A DNA stretch of 63,918 nucleotides, the filler included, from Octopus bimaculoides (Eukaryota): NCBI RefSeq assembly GCF_001194135.2. It is 5 parts of 5 records of this genome, joined end to end, with 100 filler letters (N's around TTAATTAATTAA, not from the genome) between each part and the next. Parts side by side here need not be neighbours in the genome. Positions count along the whole stretch, not along the records: positions 43,557 to 59,244 come from NC_068991.1; positions 59,345 to 63,918 come from NC_068981.1; 3 more parts are not named here. The stretch is one strand, 5' to 3'. How positions within the stretch are numbered: position 1 is the stretch's first letter; the number at the start of each line of letters is the position of its first letter. The notes beneath the pieces were generated by a model, which did not search any database, was not told the origin of the DNA, and worked only from the letters and a program-made list of their open reading frames with translations. Below, in pieces: positions 53,285-63,918 of the stretch. A program made the translations under genes and the position numbers.

Positions 53285-54090
53285 GATAGATATGTTTGAT
53301 ATTACCATTGGATCTAGTGACTCCACCCAGGTAACTGATCTAGTAGTAATATACATCTTATTCCGTGTCAATAAGGAACTTCCAAAAATAGGTGAATTTT
53401 ACAGGGATGATGCTTTGTTCACCTTGCATAAACCTACCAATGTTAAAATAGAAAAGTATAGAAAAAAGTTGTTTAAGTTTTTCAAAGGCCTAGGATTATC
53501 CATCTCTGTAGAGGAAGAGCATACTGTAGTTAATTTCTTAGATGTTACTTTAGATCTGAATATGGATGTATTCAAATCATACCACAAGCCTAAAGACAAC
53601 CTCAAATATATCAACTTTAATAGTAATTACCCCAAAAGTATAACAGAATCCATAGTCAATAACATTATTACTGACATTTCTAGACTATTGCCAAATGAAG
53701 AGATATTTAGAATAAATGAAAAATGTTATAACAATGCATTAGGGAAGGAAGGATGTAAGGATAAATTGGTTCATAGCCCATAGAACCAAATTATGATGAA
53801 CACAAATATTAATGGGGTCTGAAGTATAATGGCTAATAGCAACTAAAAAAAAAACCTATAAGAATATAGGGAAAACAGTAGAAAATGCCTGGGATAGGTA
53901 TAGAAGATCTAATACACGAAATATGCAAGTTAAACAATAATAAAAATCATAAATATGCAAAAGAATTTATAGCTAAACCTCCTAGTAAAAATAAAAGCAA
54001 AAGTAATAATAAACAGGACATTAGGATTGGAAAAAAACACTTTTGTAATAGACATACACCAATACACTTGGAAAGATATGATTTGTGAGA
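53285..54090 (+). mobile_element. Penelope-like element, RT fragment
   Basis: FDITIGSSDSTQVTDLV, FYRDDAL, VNFLDVTLDL, YHKPKDNLKYINFNSNYP. Confidence 0.9.
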
Positions 54091-54149
54091 GCAGAAAATT
54101 GTATCATTCCAACTGATACAATAATGAAAATGAGATGAAAAGAAAATCT

Positions 54150-54716
54150 AAACATGCTGTTTCTTGGTATTTTTGCACAACTGATAAAATTCATGGTGCT
54201 GCATCCTTATATTTCTTTCTCGGTGATTCAGTAGTGATACCAGCAACAATCTGAGTCATTTGAACATTTTGAAAGTTAATTTCTCATCCTAAAATACTCA
54301 TAAGCTTCCAGATGACTGGATGGACACACCTGGAAAATGATACAAAATGCTGGTGCCATCCTTTGACAGAATTATTAGTACAATGAAGTTCAGCATTTGT
54401 TTTTGCATGCATATTCCAAAGAGATGTGCTAAATGTTGGTTCTTGGCGTCTTTGTTGACATGGCCTGCCAATATAAATATCTTCAAAGTAATCCAAAACT
54501 GCAAAACTACAATATCACAGAGCTCTTCAAAAGTTGCCTAAACATATTCAAGAGGTATAAAAGCAAGGGCAGCTACCATCCTCACTTTGAGAGAAAATTC
54601 AATATTGTCTTGATACTACTTTTGAAAGTCAAACTCCTGTATTTCCCTATATATATTTTGACACAAATGAAAGAAACAACCTTTAATGTCAGTTTCAGGA
54701 AAGTTCACAAATAAAG
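54150..54716 (-). pseudogene. MULE (Mutator) transposase C-terminal fragment
   Basis: FPETDIKGCFFHLCQNIYR, RMVAALAFIP, DYFEDIYIGRP, TNNSVKGWH and HPVIWK. Confidence 0.9.
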
Positions 54717-54718
54717 TA

Positions 54719-55520
54719 CAGTAGTCCCCCTGGTATTCGTGGGGGTTACTTTCCAAGAGCACCCATGAATAGTGAAAAACTGCGAATATTGGACATGGTC
54801 CATAAAAATGCCTCTAAATGTTAAAGTATAATGTAAAATATTATAAATATATATATGTATATATATAAATATAAATAAGAGGGCAGACCCTTGTATGCTA
54901 AAAATGAACGCCAAAAATGGACGAACAAATCTGTGTTCTTGACCAGTGGTTGAAACTGATATTAATTTCTACTCAAATCTTTGTCTGTCAGGGTTACAGA
55001 GTGGGCATCGATGAGGTTGTTGACCTCATCTTGCATGATGTCATTAAAACCTTCACCATCAAGTAGAATATCTTCAGACGAGAAGCCCTTGTAGTCCTGG
55101 ACACACTCTGGCCACACCTTCTTCCAGCATGTGATGAGGGTTTCTTTTTTTTATATCTTGAAGAGCAGCATGGATGACTGTGACAGGCACGTTGTGATCG
55201 TGAAGTTATGCCAGTACTCCTTGAAATTCTCATTCGAATCCATTGTGTCCACATGGTGTTGGAGAGAGTTCCAAGTGACTTGGAGGCATGGATTACACCT
55301 TGATTCGTAAGCTGGATGAGGGAGGTGGTGTTGGCAGAACTCGATTTGGACTCCCTCGTGATACAAATCCAAAGAGTGACCACCAGCATTATCCATAACT
55401 AGCAACACTTTGAATTCCATGCAAACATTTTGGAGGTATTCCTTGGCTTGAAGGATAAAGCATTGGTGGAACCAATTCGAAGTTAAACTTTGAACAGGAA
55501 GCAGGTTTTTATTCTTATTT
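54719..55520 (-). mobile_element. pogo/Tigger DNA transposon, 3' TIR plus DDE fragment
   Basis: TA-CAGTAGTCCCCCTGGTATTCG is a Tigger-type terminus. KVLLVMDNAGGH and LIQLTNQGVI are pogo DDE motifs. Confidence 0.85.
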
Positions 55521-55529
55521 TTGAATGCC

Positions 55530-56600
55530 CTTTTAAAGATAATTACCCCAATAATGAGGTGTGTCCAAGTAAAACTGTTTGGTTGATAATTCCATATGAT
55601 AAGCAGATCAAATCCAAGCTCCCTTACCAGTTTCATGAAGTTATAGATTAATGTCAATAGGTTACGGACCCATAGCTTGTTTTCAAATTTAATGATTGAT
55701 TTTCTGGCAGTTTTGATGGGAAGTTCTGACTCAGCACAATTGGCTGATCTGGTTGGTATATATATCCTTGACCAATTCCCAAACATGAGTGAAGGTTTAT
55801 ATCGTGATGATTGTCTACTCTACCTTCAAAATGTTTCTAACCAAAAATTACAAAAGGTTAAAAATAGGTTGGTTAAATTTTTCCAAAACATGAGCTTACA
55901 CATTATTTTCGATGATGATATAACTAAAGCCAACTTTTTGGATATTACCCTTAACTTATATAATGATTAATATTTCCCATACCATAAACCCTCAACTAAT
56001 TTAAAATATATTAGCTCTTTCAGTAATCATTCAAAGGCTATCACAAGGAATTTAATTAGAAATATTTCATTTAGACTTTCTAGATTATATGCTAATATTG
56101 ATATCTTCAACAATAAAGCTGAATTTTATAACTCTGCCTTACTTAAAGCAGGCTATAAAGAAAAAGTTACTTATATTAACCCTATTGACATTAATTCTAC
56201 CTCTATTAATCAGAATCTGAAAACACATCATAACGGTAATAACAATATAAATTTTAGTTCAAATAACAACACTAAATCAAAAAATGTAATTTTGCAGTGT
56301 AAGGGAGATAACCGTTCATTATATCCCTTTATACATAATAAAAATAAGTCTATGACTTTTGAAGATAATTACGCTAATAACAAGGTGTCTCCTAGTAAAA
56401 CTGTTTAGTTGATAATTCCATATGGTAAGCAGATTAAATCCAACCTCTCTTACCAGTTTCGTGAAGCTATAGTTAAGAATTTCCCCAAACATTCAAGATA
56501 CCATTCCATTGTCAATTCACACTGAATTACAATCGAGTTTCCAAACACCAAAAACCTTTCACAAATCATCTCTTCACATAACAATAAGTTGTTAAATACG
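55530..56600 (+). mobile_element. Penelope-like element (RT, thumb, linker) with a duplicated 3' segment placed upstream
   Basis: MGSSDSAQLADLVGIYIL, GLYRDDCL, ANFLDITLNL and VKNFPKHSRYH. 55537-55645 duplicates about 56362-56470. Confidence 0.9.
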
Positions 56601-56604
56601 AACA

Positions 56605-56975
56605 GCTATGCTTCATGGCAGTGAAACATTGGCTGTGACAGCTGAAGACATGCGTAGGCTCGCAAGGAATGAAGTCAGTATTCTCCGATGGATGTGTAAT
56701 GTCAGTGTGCATACTAGACAGAGTGCAAGTACCTTGAGAGAAAAGTTGAACCTAAGAAGCATCAGTTGTGGTGTGCAAGAGAGACGATTGCGCTGGTATG
56801 GTCATGTGTCGAGAATGGACGAGGATAGCTGTGTGAAAAAGTGCCACACCCTAGCAGTTGAGGGAACCTGTGGAAGAGGTAGGCCCAGGAAGACCTGGGA
56901 TGAGGTGGTGAGGCAAGACCTTCGAACATTGGGCCTCACCGAGGCGATGACTTCTGACCGAGACCTTTGGAAGAC
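56605..56975 (+). mobile_element. RTE C-terminal fragment inserted after or within the PLE
   Basis: LHGSETLAVTAED...RRLRWYGHV...GRPRKTW. Confidence 0.9.
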
Positions 56976-57030
56976 CCTTGGCACCTATGTGAATTTTTGC
57001 TACCCTGGTAACTTTATTTATTTTTTATCT

Positions 57031-57505
57031 AAGTAAATACATAGATACATAAAATAAACAAATAAGAATAAATGAGTGAACAAATACTAAACTCTTACAG
57101 CTGTTTCTACCATGGGGTTGCCCAATCTTCCAAGTTTTCCACATTGCGCCAGTGATATACAGGGATTTTAGAAAGGTTGTAAAGACGGACCAAATGTTAG
57201 TAAGCTAACATGTTGGGAAGTAAGGTAAAATAATAAAGTAACATAATAGAAATAGTAAGGAATGGTAAGAACGTTATTTCAAGGCGATATCATGGTAAAG
57301 AAAATTCCATTTCCAGGAGTAATTTCTGCAGGCTATGAGAGTTACATGTTTCAATTATATTCAACTATAATCCCTGTATATTACTGGCATGATGTGGAAA
57401 ACTTGGAAGATTGGGCAACCCTATGGTAGAAACAGCTGTAAGAGTTTAGTATTTGTTCACTCATTTATTCTTATTTGTTTATTTTATGTATCTATGTATT
57501 TACTT
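57031..57505. repeat. Foldback, about 140-bp near-perfect arms with about 195-bp spacer, each arm with GAAACAGCTGTA
   Basis: 57031-57170 versus 57365-57505. GAAACAGCTGTA lies at 57429-40 and its complement is in the left arm. It sits at the 3' side of a PLE. Confidence 0.9.
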
Positions 57506-57653
57506 ATTTATTTGCTTATTTCATTCATTTATTTGGATCACTCATACATATGATTGTAATCAATTAATAAATAGGTATAATTGAATGTTTACAGGCTGAT
57601 GTTTGTTGATTGTTTATCCTCTCCATTTTCTTATTTTCCTTATACATAGATAA

Positions 57654-57747
<94 letters not shown>

Positions 57748-57751
57748 GTGT

Positions 57752-57981
57752 GGCGAGCTGGCAGAATCGTTAGCACACCGGGCGAAATGTTTAGCGGTAT
57801 TTCGCCTGTCTTAATGTTGTGAGTTCAAATTCCGCCCAGGTCGACTTTGCCTTTCATCCTTTCGGGGGACATTAAATTAAGTACCAGTTGAGTATTGGGG
57901 TCGATGTAATCGACTTAATCCCTTTGGCTGTCCTTGTTTGTCCCCTTTATGTTTAGCCCCTTGTGGGCAATAAAGAAATAA
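57752..57981 (+). mobile_element. Family A SINE, full length
   Basis: GGCGAGCTGGCAGAATCGTTAGC (box A-like), GAGTTCAAATTCC (box B-like) and central GCCTTTCATCCTTTCGGGG. The central domain resembles conserved SINE central domains (assignment not verified). Confidence 0.9.
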
Positions 57982-57984
57982 GAA

Positions 57985-58340
57985 GCTTGTTTACCAACCA
58001 CTTGCTTACCAACCACAGTCCCACTGTGTGGCACCTTGGGCAAGTGTCTTCTACTATAGTCTCAGACTGACCAAAGCCTTGTGAGTGGATTTGGTAGATG
58101 GAAACTGAAAGAATCCCATCGTATATATATATGTATATGTTTGTGTGCCTGTGTTTGTCCCCCCACTGGTTGACAACCGATGTTGGTGAGTTTTTGTCCC
58201 CCTAACTTAGCGGTTCAGCAAAATATACCGATAGAATAAGTACTAGGCTGACAAAGAATAAGTCCTGGGGTTGATTTGTTCAACTAAAGGCAGTGCTCCA
58301 GCATGACTGCAGTCAAATGACAAACAAATAAAAGATTAAA
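57985..58340 (+). mobile_element. Family B SINE with 3' extension
   Basis: CTTACCAACCAC...ACCTTGGGCAAGTGTCTTCTACTATAG...GACAACCGATGTTGG...GAATAAGTCCTGGGG. Confidence 0.85.
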
Positions 58341-58639
58341 AGAATAAAAGAATATATACTTTCACTACAATGAGAGGTTGGTTTTTGTTGGGAGACAAAT
58401 ACAGCGAAAGAGAGAGTGTGTATGTGTGAAATATAGACAGACGTCACTATACTAATTAGCAAACTTTGACTGAGAGCAGGAATAAGAGATACAAGACACA
58501 GTGTACTTGTATCTAAAAAAAAAAACAAGTGGCATGATGCGTGGCTATTCTAATCAGCTGCAAAGGGGCATCCGGTAAGCCGGCAAATACGGTATATTAT
58601 TATTAATAATTTAGCCTTAAAAGGTATGAAAAAATATAT

Positions 58640-58777
58640 ATTGCCATGTAAAAAGCCATAAAAATCGCAGACGGTATTTCCGATTCCGCGAATATGTGAT
58701 GGTTTCTGCGAACAATTATTAGTTCCGTGAATAACCGGGACCATGAATAACAAACTGCGAATAAGTGGTAGTCACTG
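58640..58777. mobile_element. Tigger/pogo-type terminal fragment
   Basis: The reverse complement starts TA-CAGTGACTACCACTTATTCGC with repeated TATTC(G/A)C subterminal words. No partner TIR was found. Confidence 0.5.
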
Positions 58778-59344
58778 TATTCAGCATTGCTTTTTCAAAA
58801 TCTATCATTGCATTCACAGGAGTGCAATTTGTCAAGTTCTTTACTTCCTGGGTCAATTTGTTATAAATTATCTGTGGCTTATCCAACAAGAATACATAGA
58901 TGCAGGATATAGTGTGTTGATCTACTACAGCATAAATCGTATACGATTGGCTAAAAATTTCAGGAACTACGGTAAGTGTTCCATCAAAACGCCAATGAGG
59001 AGAATTTTTTAAAAGATGCTATGCTTTTAGCTATTACAAATATCAAAATCCTCTTGCTGTCAAACGTTGAATCATGCAACAACAAAAAATTTCCCCATTG
59101 GCTGTTTTTATACAGTTTTCAGGTATGATAAGATCATGAGCACATGATGGCAATGGTAAATTCCTTTTCTTCTTTTTATAGCATCTTATATCTTGTTGAA
59201 GGATATGGAAGGAAGGCATTTTTTGTAGCTACCTCTTCTGATATNNNNNNNNNNNNNNNNNNNNNNNNNNNNNNNNNNNNNNNNNNNNTTAATTAATTAA
59301 NNNNNNNNNNNNNNNNNNNNNNNNNNNNNNNNNNNNNNNNNNNN

Positions 59345-59986
59345 ACTAGAGGTAGTCGATAGCTTCTGCTATCTGGGTGACCAAGTTAGAAGTGGGGGTG
59401 GGTGCGCTGAAAGCGTAGCTGCTAGAATAAGAATAGCCTGGGCAAAGTTTAGAGAGCTCTTACCTCTGCTGGCGACAAAGGGACTCTCACTCAGAGTAAA
59501 AGGCAGACTGTATGACGCATGTGTACGAACAACCATGCTACATGACAGTGAAACATGGGCTGTGACTGCTGAGGACATGCGTAAGCTCGCAAGGAATGAA
59601 GCCAGTATGCTCCGCTGGATGTGTAATGTCAATGTGCATACCCGTGAGAGTGTAAGTATCTTGAGAGAAAAGCTGAACATAAGAAGCATCAGTTGTGCTG
59701 TGCAAGAGAGACGATATGGAAATGTGGTGAGAATGAATGAGGATAGCTGCATGAAAAAGTGCCACACCCTAACAGTTGAGGGAACCCGTGGAAGAGGTAG
59801 GCCCAGGAAGACCTGGGCTGAGGTGGTGAGGCAAGACCTTCGAACATTGGGCCTCACCGAGGCGATGACTACTGACCGAGACCTTTGGAAATGTGCTGTG
59901 CGTGAGAAGACCCGGCAAGCCAAGTGAGATCGTTGCCAGTGCCCCTGGGCTGGCTCTTGTGCGGGTGGCACATAAGATGCACCATT
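59345..59986 (+). mobile_element. RTE C-terminus plus start of 3' UTR
   Basis: VDSFCYLGDQV...LHDSETWAVTAED...GRPRKTW...REKTRQAK*. Confidence 0.92.
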
Positions 59987-60495
59987 NNNNNNNNNNNNNN
60001 NNNNNNNNNNNNNNNNNNNNNNNNNNNNNNNNNNNNNNNNNNNNNNNNNNNNNNNNNNNNNNNNNNNNNNNNNNNNNNNNNNNNNNNNNNNNNNNNNNNN
60101 NNNNNNNNNNNNNNNNNNNNNNNNNNNNNNNNNNNNNNNNNNNNNNNNNNNNNNNNNNNNNNNNNNNNNNNNNNNNNNNNNNNNNNNNNNNNNNNNNNNN
60201 NNNNNNNNNNNNNNNNNNNNNNNNNNNNNNNNNNNNNNNNNNNNNNNNNNNNNNNNNNNNNNNNNNNNNNNNNNNNNNNNNNNNNNNNNGAAACAGCTGT
60301 AAGTTTCTGTATATTCTCCAGTTGCTAAATGTACTTTATATTTGTAACCTTAATTGTTAATATGACATGGTATGTCATAAGCATCTGTATATTGTGGTTT
60401 TTGTCATTTTAGTTATAAAATAAACAAATTAATCAACGAAATACACTGACTGCAAGTCGATGGATAACGCATATTCTCTTCCCTTTTCTTATTGC

Positions 60496-60573
<78 letters not shown>

Positions 60574-60881
60574 TATTTTTACTTTTAGATATATATTATT
60601 TTATATCTTTCAATTGTATATCTTTTACTTTTCTTTATATTTATATATATTATTTATATTTAATTCTTATTTAATTCTTATTCACACATCGTATCTTTTG
60701 TATTTTCATTTTTTTATATGTATATATACGTATATTTTTACTTTTATATACATATTTATATTTATTGCATATATTTTACTTTTTTATATTTATATATAAC
60801 TCTTATTTACATTTGCAAATCACATATTGTACTTGTTTCTTTTCTTTCTTTTCTTTATGTATGAATGAGCTACTCCGCGTC

Positions 60882-61001
60882 GGTCACCAGAGTGGTATTT
60901 GATCACTTTATAGAGTGTTTGAGTGTCGGTTTGTTGTCTGGAATGGGATAGCTTACCTCATGACCAGGTAGATGCTCTTTAACCTTGGTTGGTAATCTAC
61001 C
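60882..61001 (+). ncRNA. Possible decayed HDV-like ribozyme at the RTE 5' end
   Basis: P1-like GGTCA/TGACC (60882-86 / 60961-65), inserted helix CCAGA/TCTGG, L3-like ACCTC, GG after P1, and GGTAA at the J4/2 position followed by CTACC. P2 and P3 pair imperfectly. Confidence 0.3.
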
Positions 61002-63900
61002 TAGGAGAAAAAGATCTCCGAAATAAAACCTGATGCCTTGGAAGTTCCTGGTTTTGTCAATTTTCATGTCACACTGGTGAAAGTTTTCTTGGGCCAATAG
61101 GTGGGGGTAGTGCAGAGCAAGCTACACCCACTGAAAATTATTCCTCTGCGCAGGTACTTCCTGTACTTCAAATCGTAGTAAAATCATTGAATTGGTGGTT
61201 GGTAGAAACCTAAAAATGCACTTGTAACTTACTCTGAAATGTTTCAAACAGATTCAGTAAATGACAAAAAAGCATCAGAGGAACAGATCTGGCTCGGCAG
61301 GTGTTCCAGTGTATCACAGGCTGGACCCAGTCATCATCCTGCCACTGTGGTCAAACTATTTCCAAGAAAAAGTAAAAATAAACATACTTTGAATTTTAGC
61401 TGTTGGAATGTGCGCACACTTCTTGACGATTATTTCAACAAGAGGCCAGAAAAGTGTACTGCACTTATTGAATGTGAGCTTAAGAAATATTCCCTTGATA
61501 TAGTTGCGCTCTCTGAAACTCNNNNNNNNNNNNNNNNNNNNNNNNNNNNNNNNNNNNNNNNNNNNNNNNNNNNNNNNNNNNNNNNNNNNNNNNNNNNNNN
61601 NNNNNNNNNNNNNNNNNNNNNGCAGACTGCTCTAAGGAAAATTAAACAAGAATGGTGGAATGATAGAGCAAGAGAGGCACAAGAAGCAGCTGATAGAAAT
61701 GATGCCAACGAGTTGTACTCTTATGCTAAGGAAGTATATGGCCCAAAATCTTCTTCAGTAGCTCCAGTGAGAACAGCAAATGGATGTTTGCTTCTGACTG
61801 ACATCGCTTCTATTCATAAGCACTGGGTAGAACATTTTTCTGCACTTTTGAATAGATCATCATCTGCTGACATGAGGATGATAGAAAAAAATCGAACACC
61901 TTCCAGTTATAGAAGAGATGGCATTTAAACCAACTCTAAATGGCATTTATTTAGCTGTGAATAAGCTGAATAACAATAACAGGGTCTGATGGAATCTGTG
62001 CAGAAGTCTTGAAATATGGGGGTGACAAAATGTTTGAACTCTTAAATATATTAATTTGTCATTGTTGGAGAACTGAGAAAGTGCCTCAAGACTGGATTCA
62101 TGCCATTTTAGTCACCTTGTATAAATCGGGGCTAAAGGATGTGTGTGGTAATTTTCGTGGGAGTCGCTTTTGTCTGTGGTTGGAAAGGTACTTACCCTCA
62201 TTTTGTTAGAATGTTTAAATACCTATATAGTTCCAAATATAATGTCTGAGTCTCAGTGTGGTTTTCATTCCTCCAGTGTCACAGCTGATTGTATCTTTAT
62301 GGTCAAACAATTACAAAAAATGTTCAATGAACAGAATCTTACTCTATACCGTTGCTTTGTTGATTTGAGCAAGGCATTCGATACTGTTAATCAAAATGCT
62401 CTGTGGCTAATTCTAATGAAAATAGGTTGCCAGAAAAATTTGTAAACATGGTCAGAGCTTTGCATCAAGATATGAAAGCTAGAGTTAACTTTGGTGGTAG
62501 GCTCTCTGAATCTTTTGCTGTGGAAAATGGAGTAAAGCAAGGAAACCTTGATGTACCCACCCTCTTTGCAATATACTTTACTGTTGTGTTGTCACATGCT
62601 TTTCAAAACTCTGAGGAGGGTATTTACATAAAATATCAAACAACAGGGAATGTTTTTAATCTGACCAGACTGAAATTCAAAATGAAAGTTTTTACTTCAC
62701 TCATCAGGGAATTTTTGTACACTGAAGATTGCAATCTTGTCAGTCATTCTGAAACAGGTCTGCAGTCTCTTGTATCTGATGATTTTGTCTTGACCATCAA
62801 CTTGAAAAAAATCAGTTGTAATGCATCAACTTGTAATCCCTCTAAATTTTTTGTTAAGAGTAAATTACTTGATGTTGTCGATTCGTTCGTCTACCTTGGA
62901 AGCTCTGTTCAAAATGATGGAAATCTTGATACAGAAATACAGTTCCAAATTCAAAGGGTAGCAAAAGCATTTGGTGGCACGGAGTCATGCGTTTGGTGCC
63001 AGCGACATATAAATAACAATACAAAGTTTGCTCTTTACAAATCATTTGTCTTACTATCCCTGTTGTATTGTTGTAAAACTTAGACTTGTTATGAAAGCAT
63101 TTTAAATTGTTAGAACAATTCCACCAAAAATGTGCCTTCATCACATTTAAAAAATTGAATGGAGTTCTTTTAGTCCAAACACTGATGTCCTTGCATCTGC
63201 AGGTATTATCTCAATTAAAGCTATGATTTTGAGGAACCAAATGAGATGGTGTGGCCATATTGTTCAAATAGTGGATGAACACATGCTGAAGCAGCTGTTT
63301 TATGGTGTGCTTGCAGAAGGGAAACACTATCAGCGTAAATATAAAAAAAGGTTTAAGGACGGCATAAGGACTACTATGAAGTCACTTGGAATGGTTCCAG
63401 AAGATATAGAAATTCTCGCTTCAGATCAAGTTAGATGGCGAACAAAAGTGTGAAAGTGTTTGAAGAGGCCAGGATAACGCAAGCAAGACTCAAAAGATAT
63501 TTAAGGAAGAATGTAAAGATCGAGAAGGTGAATGACAAATACCTTTTTGTGTGCACAGTCTGTGACAGACCATGCCTGTCTTTGGCTGGCTTCAAATCTC
63601 ACCTGCGAACCCATGGAAAACAAACTTCAACCAACTATTCTGACTATATGTCTGTGCGCAAGTTTGAATGTAGTGTATGCCAGAAGGCTTGAAAATCTAA
63701 TGGGGGTCTTAAAAGACATGTTAAGATCCACAATGAGCAGGATTTATCTGCAGGTATTGGTAGTTCAAATCAGAGCTGCAATCTGTGTGGGTGTTTTTTC
63801 AGAACATTGTCTGGTTTAAAAAGCCACATCAGACGCCATGAAGGGGCTAAGGTATAGGTACAGGAGGTGGTCAAACTCTGTGTAAGGAATAGACAACCAC
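60882..63900 (+). mobile_element. Near full-length RTE-BovB-type LINE (5' UTR, APE endonuclease, RT, three C2H2 fingers), decayed
   Basis: NFSCWNVRTLLD...RPEKCTAL...DIVALSET (EN), ESQCGF, FVDLSKAFDTV and GVKQG (RT), MRWCGHIV, then three CxxC-x12-HxxxH motifs at 63546-63839. It ends in (TA)n and has many frameshifts. Confidence 0.92.
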
Positions 63901-63918
63901 CATATATATATATATATA

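Noticed and set aside
57752-57840. tRNA genes at SINE heads
   Set aside because: A and B boxes are present but no cloverleaf forms, and they continue into SINE bodies.
58870-59200. Several donor- and acceptor-like sites (ACG|GTAAGT, CAG|GTATGA)
   Set aside because: No consistent reading frame or domain could be assembled.

Overview
Eukaryotic, AT-rich, gapped draft-assembly sequence. It is most likely from an octopus (coleoid cephalopod), inferred from the recurrent tRNA-derived SINE families, RTE LINEs and extreme microsatellite load. No intact multi-exon gene can be supported. The best host-gene signal is a CCAAT/CpG-rich putative promoter at about 26.15-26.3 kb followed by a short ATG-containing exon with a strong GTAAGT donor (26410-26444); if real, the rest of the window is a long first intron. 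The remainder is layered mobile DNA: RTE LINEs of two types (one near full length with three C-terminal C2H2 fingers), an R4/Dong-type LINE, six Penelope-like (PLE) relics, an IR/DR Tc1, mariner, Tigger/pogo and MULE relics, MITEs, three SINE families and compound microsatellites. The most unusual signal is self-cleaving ribozyme motifs. There is one hammerhead with a complete catalytic core (41891-41978). There is also a recurring architecture of long foldback elements whose two arms each carry hammerhead-like motifs in opposite polarity (24428-24802 is the clearest; 18195-18377 and 57031-57505 are decayed). Most ORFs in the supplied track are microsatellite or N-gap artefacts. Repeat boundaries are approximate and were read by eye.
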